The notes below the pieces were generated by a model, which saw only the letters and a list, made by a program, of their open reading frames with translations, did no database searches and was not told where the DNA came from. A DNA stretch of 64,000 nt from a plasmid. Below, piece after piece: positions 61,593-64,000 of this stretch; position 1 is the first letter of the stretch, and every line of letters begins with the position of its first letter. Made by a program: the position numbers and the translations under genes. The stretch is taken from sequence record NZ_CP026049.1; one strand, written 5' to 3'.

Positions 61593-62181
61593 TATCAGGT
61601 GCCCCCATCATCTGAAATACCGTATCCATTCTGGCCATAAACCCCTGCGCATCGGTGGCGCCCTGCAGAATCGGATAGGCCGCCAGCGTATTCACATTCA
61701 CCAGAAACGTGGTCGGGGTAGCCACCGGGATATTCGGGAAAAAAGTCTGCATCACCTCGGGAGGTACCGGCAGGGCTTCAGGGAACGCCTCGTCCCCCTG
61801 TCCGTCGATCGTATAAGAGAACACCGAGAATCCGTATTGTCCGGACAACTGCTTCAGCACCGGGTCAAACTTATGGCAGTACGGGCAGTGCCCCTGCATA
61901 AACAACACCACTTTCCAGTCGCTGAGATTGACCTGTTTGCCGTTGCTGAGCCGGTACCATCGGGCCTGAGAGACCGGCTTCACGGCAGCGGGCACGCCAG
62001 AAGATGATGCCGGCACCGTGCCTGTTATACCCTGTGGGTCCCAGAGGGATTTTACTTCATCGAGCGTCCCGGCCCAGGTCACGGGAGAAAGTGTCAGCAG
62101 CAAAGCAACTGTTGTGATACCCGTCTTAATTGTCTTCAGGTTGCTTTTCACGGGCCTTCTCCTGTTTTTCAGCTTCAGCAA
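61585..62181 (-). CDS. trbB: periplasmic thiol:disulfide isomerase TrbB
   Basis: The thioredoxin-fold CPYC motif (…FMQGHCPYCHKFDP…) is present with a signal peptide. Confidence 0.85.
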   Translation of the reverse strand: MLKLKNRRRPVKSNLKTIKTGITTVALLLTLSPVTWAGTLDEVKSLWDPQGITGTVPASSSGVPAAVKPVSQARWYRLSNGKQVNLSDWKVVLFMQGHCPYCHKFDPVLKQLSGQYGFSVFSYTIDGQGDEAFPEALPVPPEVMQTFFPNIPVATPTTFLVNVNTLAAYPILQGATDAQGFMARMDTVFQMMGAPDNG

Positions 62182-62362
62182 TCAGGGCATTCAGAATTCG
62201 GTATCCACCAAATATCACCATCCCCAGTCCCAGGATCTCTCCGACCTGAACCGCCATCTCAGGCTGTTTTCTGACGAGCCGGGCTATCAGGTGGAAAAAC
62301 ACGCCAACCGCCAGCACCCACATTCCCGTAATATCCAAATCGGGGAATCGAATCTTTCGCAT
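62126..62362 (-). CDS. traQ: pilin chaperone TraQ
   Basis: MRKIRFPDLDITGMWVLAVGV… is like F TraQ. The start was chosen at the internal Met. The longer ORF is 62126-62404. Confidence 0.7.
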   Translation of the reverse strand: MRKIRFPDLDITGMWVLAVGVFFHLIARLVRKQPEMAVQVGEILGLGMVIFGGYRILNALIAEAEKQEKAREKQPEDN

Positions 62363-62372
62363 GACATACTCC

Positions 62373-63125
62373 TTAAAAATTGGGTTTAAAGTCGCTGGAG
62401 ACATAGAGGAACTGTTTCGCCAGGTCGTCCTGACTGATAAAGCCGTAACTGAGGGGTTTCACCTGACCGCTTTTCGGGTTGACCAGCATCATCGCGGGGA
62501 AGAACTTCACACCAAGCTGTTGCGCCTGCCCCTGGTCCGTCCGGCTGTCGGGCAGCATGGGGTTGATGACACCATCGACCGAGACCGGTATCACGCTCAG
62601 TCCGTAGGTTTCACGGAAGTTTTTAATCACCTGAACCAGCTGGCCATCGATCGCCTCCCGTCCGCGGTAGAAGAACATCACGCCATAGTGCTGCGCCAGA
62701 CCGGAGATGGCTTTACGCTGTTCGGCGTAGTCGGCAGCCAGCTGATTCTTCACCGTGCCGTTGTAGTGGCTGTACTGCAGGTTGTAATCGAGCTCCGGGT
62801 TTTCCAGCATGGCCTTCTTCGCGCTCATCGAGAACAGGCCAGCCTGCTGCGTCCAGTAGTTCTGTAGCCGAAAATACTTCACGAAATTATCAGATGAGGG
62901 GTAAAGAATAGCCTCGTAAAGCGAGCGCTTTGTGGCCGCCTGCAGCTGCGCCAGCTTCTCCAGGATGTCCTGCTTTGCCGGTGGTGGCGGTGGCGTGGCT
63001 CGCGTCTCCGGGTCTGGTCTTTTCAGCTTCTCGTTGTACCACTGCCAGCCCGCATCTTTCGCCCAGGCCGGCATCAGGGTGCAACAAAGGCACCCCGCCA
63101 GTATGGCGGCATGTAGTTTTCCCAT
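62373..63125 (-). CDS. traF: pilus assembly thioredoxin-like protein TraF
   Basis: The gene is 250 aa. It has a signal peptide and TraF family features without a CXXC motif. Confidence 0.9.
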   Translation of the reverse strand: MGKLHAAILAGCLCCTLMPAWAKDAGWQWYNEKLKRPDPETRATPPPPPAKQDILEKLAQLQAATKRSLYEAILYPSSDNFVKYFRLQNYWTQQAGLFSMSAKKAMLENPELDYNLQYSHYNGTVKNQLAADYAEQRKAISGLAQHYGVMFFYRGREAIDGQLVQVIKNFRETYGLSVIPVSVDGVINPMLPDSRTDQGQAQQLGVKFFPAMMLVNPKSGQVKPLSYGFISQDDLAKQFLYVSSDFKPNF

Positions 63126-63147
63126 AATGAATACCTTTATGACTTAA

Positions 63148-63474
63148 TTAATTCGGCTGGCGCGAAATATGTTGATAAACGCTGTATTTATCGAGGCTGA
63201 CTGTTTTCGTTTCCGGGTCAGTGCGTCCCTGAAACTGGAAACCGTGGCAGTAGAGTGTCAGATTATTCATTGCTAATGCCGTACGCTCGCCGTTCCTGAT
63301 AACCCACGCAGCCTGCGAGCTCCTGTCACACTGAATACCCCAGGCCCGGTTGGTGGCCAGAAACGCATTAATCTGTTTATCCCGCCACAAGCTGTAAGAC
63401 ATGACGCTGACCAGAAAAACGACAAACACAGCGACAAACGTCATAACCAGACCGTACGCTTTTTTCTCTTCCAT
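63148..63474 (-). CDS. trbE: TrbE-like small inner-membrane protein
   Basis: The gene is 108 aa with one N-terminal TM helix. It sits immediately upstream of traF, as in F. Confidence 0.6.
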   Translation of the reverse strand: MEEKKAYGLVMTFVAVFVVFLVSVMSYSLWRDKQINAFLATNRAWGIQCDRSSQAAWVIRNGERTALAMNNLTLYCHGFQFQGRTDPETKTVSLDKYSVYQHISRQPN

Positions 63475-63517
63475 GAATTCTCCTGTTTTATTTGCTGAGG
63501 AATAAAGCGCCTCTCTC

Positions 63518-63703
63518 TCAGGGTAAAAGCCGTCTGGCTATAATATTGAGCAAAATAATAAAGAAAAGAGATGGGACAATAACGAAAGAATTATCACCCG
63601 TAAACAACCTGGCTATGGTGGTCATCAACAGTACAATCACGATAATTAACCCCGCAATTCTGTACCGAACCTTTAGTTTTCCAGACCAAGATTTCTTTTT
63701 CAT
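63518..63703 (-). CDS. small hydrophobic ORF (61 aa) abutting the IS903 end
   Basis: This is only an ORF from the track. It could be a remnant of the gene cut by IS903. Confidence 0.3.
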   Translation of the reverse strand: MKKKSWSGKLKVRYRIAGLIIVIVLLMTTIARLFTGDNSFVIVPSLFFIILLNIIARRLLP

Positions 63704-63708
63704 TTCAC

Positions 63709-64000
63709 GGCTTTGTTGAATAAATAAGATTTCTTGCGAACGACCCTGTAGCTGGCTGGATTTTCAGGCAATACGCACGCTTTCTGGCATCCCAGCCTTT
63801 GTCATCCTGTTCAACGCACGCACCATGGCCATAGCTTCCGCTACCTGACCATCGTAGTCACGCAGCGTCAGTGAATCTCCCAACAACTGCTTCATTCTGT
63901 ACATTGCCGTTTCCGCTATCGAGCGACGGTTATATTCCGTTGTCCATTTCCACCGTGCATTGCTTCCGCTCAGCCGCTGATTAGCAACGGCACGGTTGCG
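63709..64000 (-). mobile_element. IS903 second copy, inverted relative to the 44861-45916 copy (runs off the window)
   Basis: ggctttgttgaataaata at 63709 is followed by the reverse complement of the IS903 right-end sequence (…gggtcgttcgcaagaaatct… seen at 45880-45916). Confidence 0.85.

Overview
This 64-kb window reads as a mosaic accessory/backbone region of an enterobacterial IncFII-type plasmid, probably Klebsiella-associated. That guess rests on IS26, ISKpn26-like IS5, IS903, a kacAT-like toxin-antitoxin pair, and repA1/repA2 (IncFII replication initiator and repressor). All calls are sequence-only recognition without searches.

From left to right the window contains:
- An IS graveyard (1-4.9 kb): an IS5-family fragment, an intact IS5 nested inside a 5'-truncated IS3-family element, and an ISNCY/IS481-like DDE transposase.
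- A GNAT/RHH type II toxin-antitoxin pair (KacAT/TacAT-like, ~5.0-5.8 kb).
- A Cys-rich hypothetical gene whose 3' end is cut by IS26 (6.0-7.5 kb).
- A 650-bp AT-rich leader followed by a single giant ORF (8195-14086, 1963 aa). Its domains are an N-terminal transglutaminase-like Cys/His domain, DUF4011, a split SF1 helicase (AAA_11/AAA_12), a Vsr/DUF559-like PD-(D/E)xK nuclease, and DUF3320. This is an Hhe-like single-gene candidate defence/maintenance module and the most interesting element in the window.
- The IncFII basic replicon (repA4/oriR region, repA1, copA/tap control region, repA2/copB; 14.1-16.9 kb).
- A phospholipase D-family nuclease Nuc, a 5'-truncated Tn3-family tnpA with its 38-bp IR, and an IS3 fragment.
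- A Pseudomonas-type five-step histidine-utilisation locus (hutG, hutI, an NCS1 transporter, hutU, hutD, hutC, hutF). Its hutH is reduced to a frameshifted 3' remnant and its ProVW-like ABC transporter genes are decayed (19.7-30.4 kb).
- An IS1 / IS1-like-flanked cargo (32.1-36.1 kb): an NCS1 transporter, an acyl-CoA ligase and an unusual hotdog-thioesterase::DsbA-like (HCCA-isomerase family) fusion.
- A degenerate IS2-like element.
- An EamA transporter, a polar-amino-acid ABC transporter, a LysR regulator and an M24 creatinase-family hydrolase (38.4-44.8 kb).
- Two inverted IS903 copies bracketing the distal part of an F-like tra operon (finO, traX, traI, traD, traT, traS, traG, traH, trbF-like, trbB, traQ, traF, trbE). 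The operon is cut upstream of trbE by the second IS903.

No CRISPR arrays, rRNA or tRNA genes were seen.
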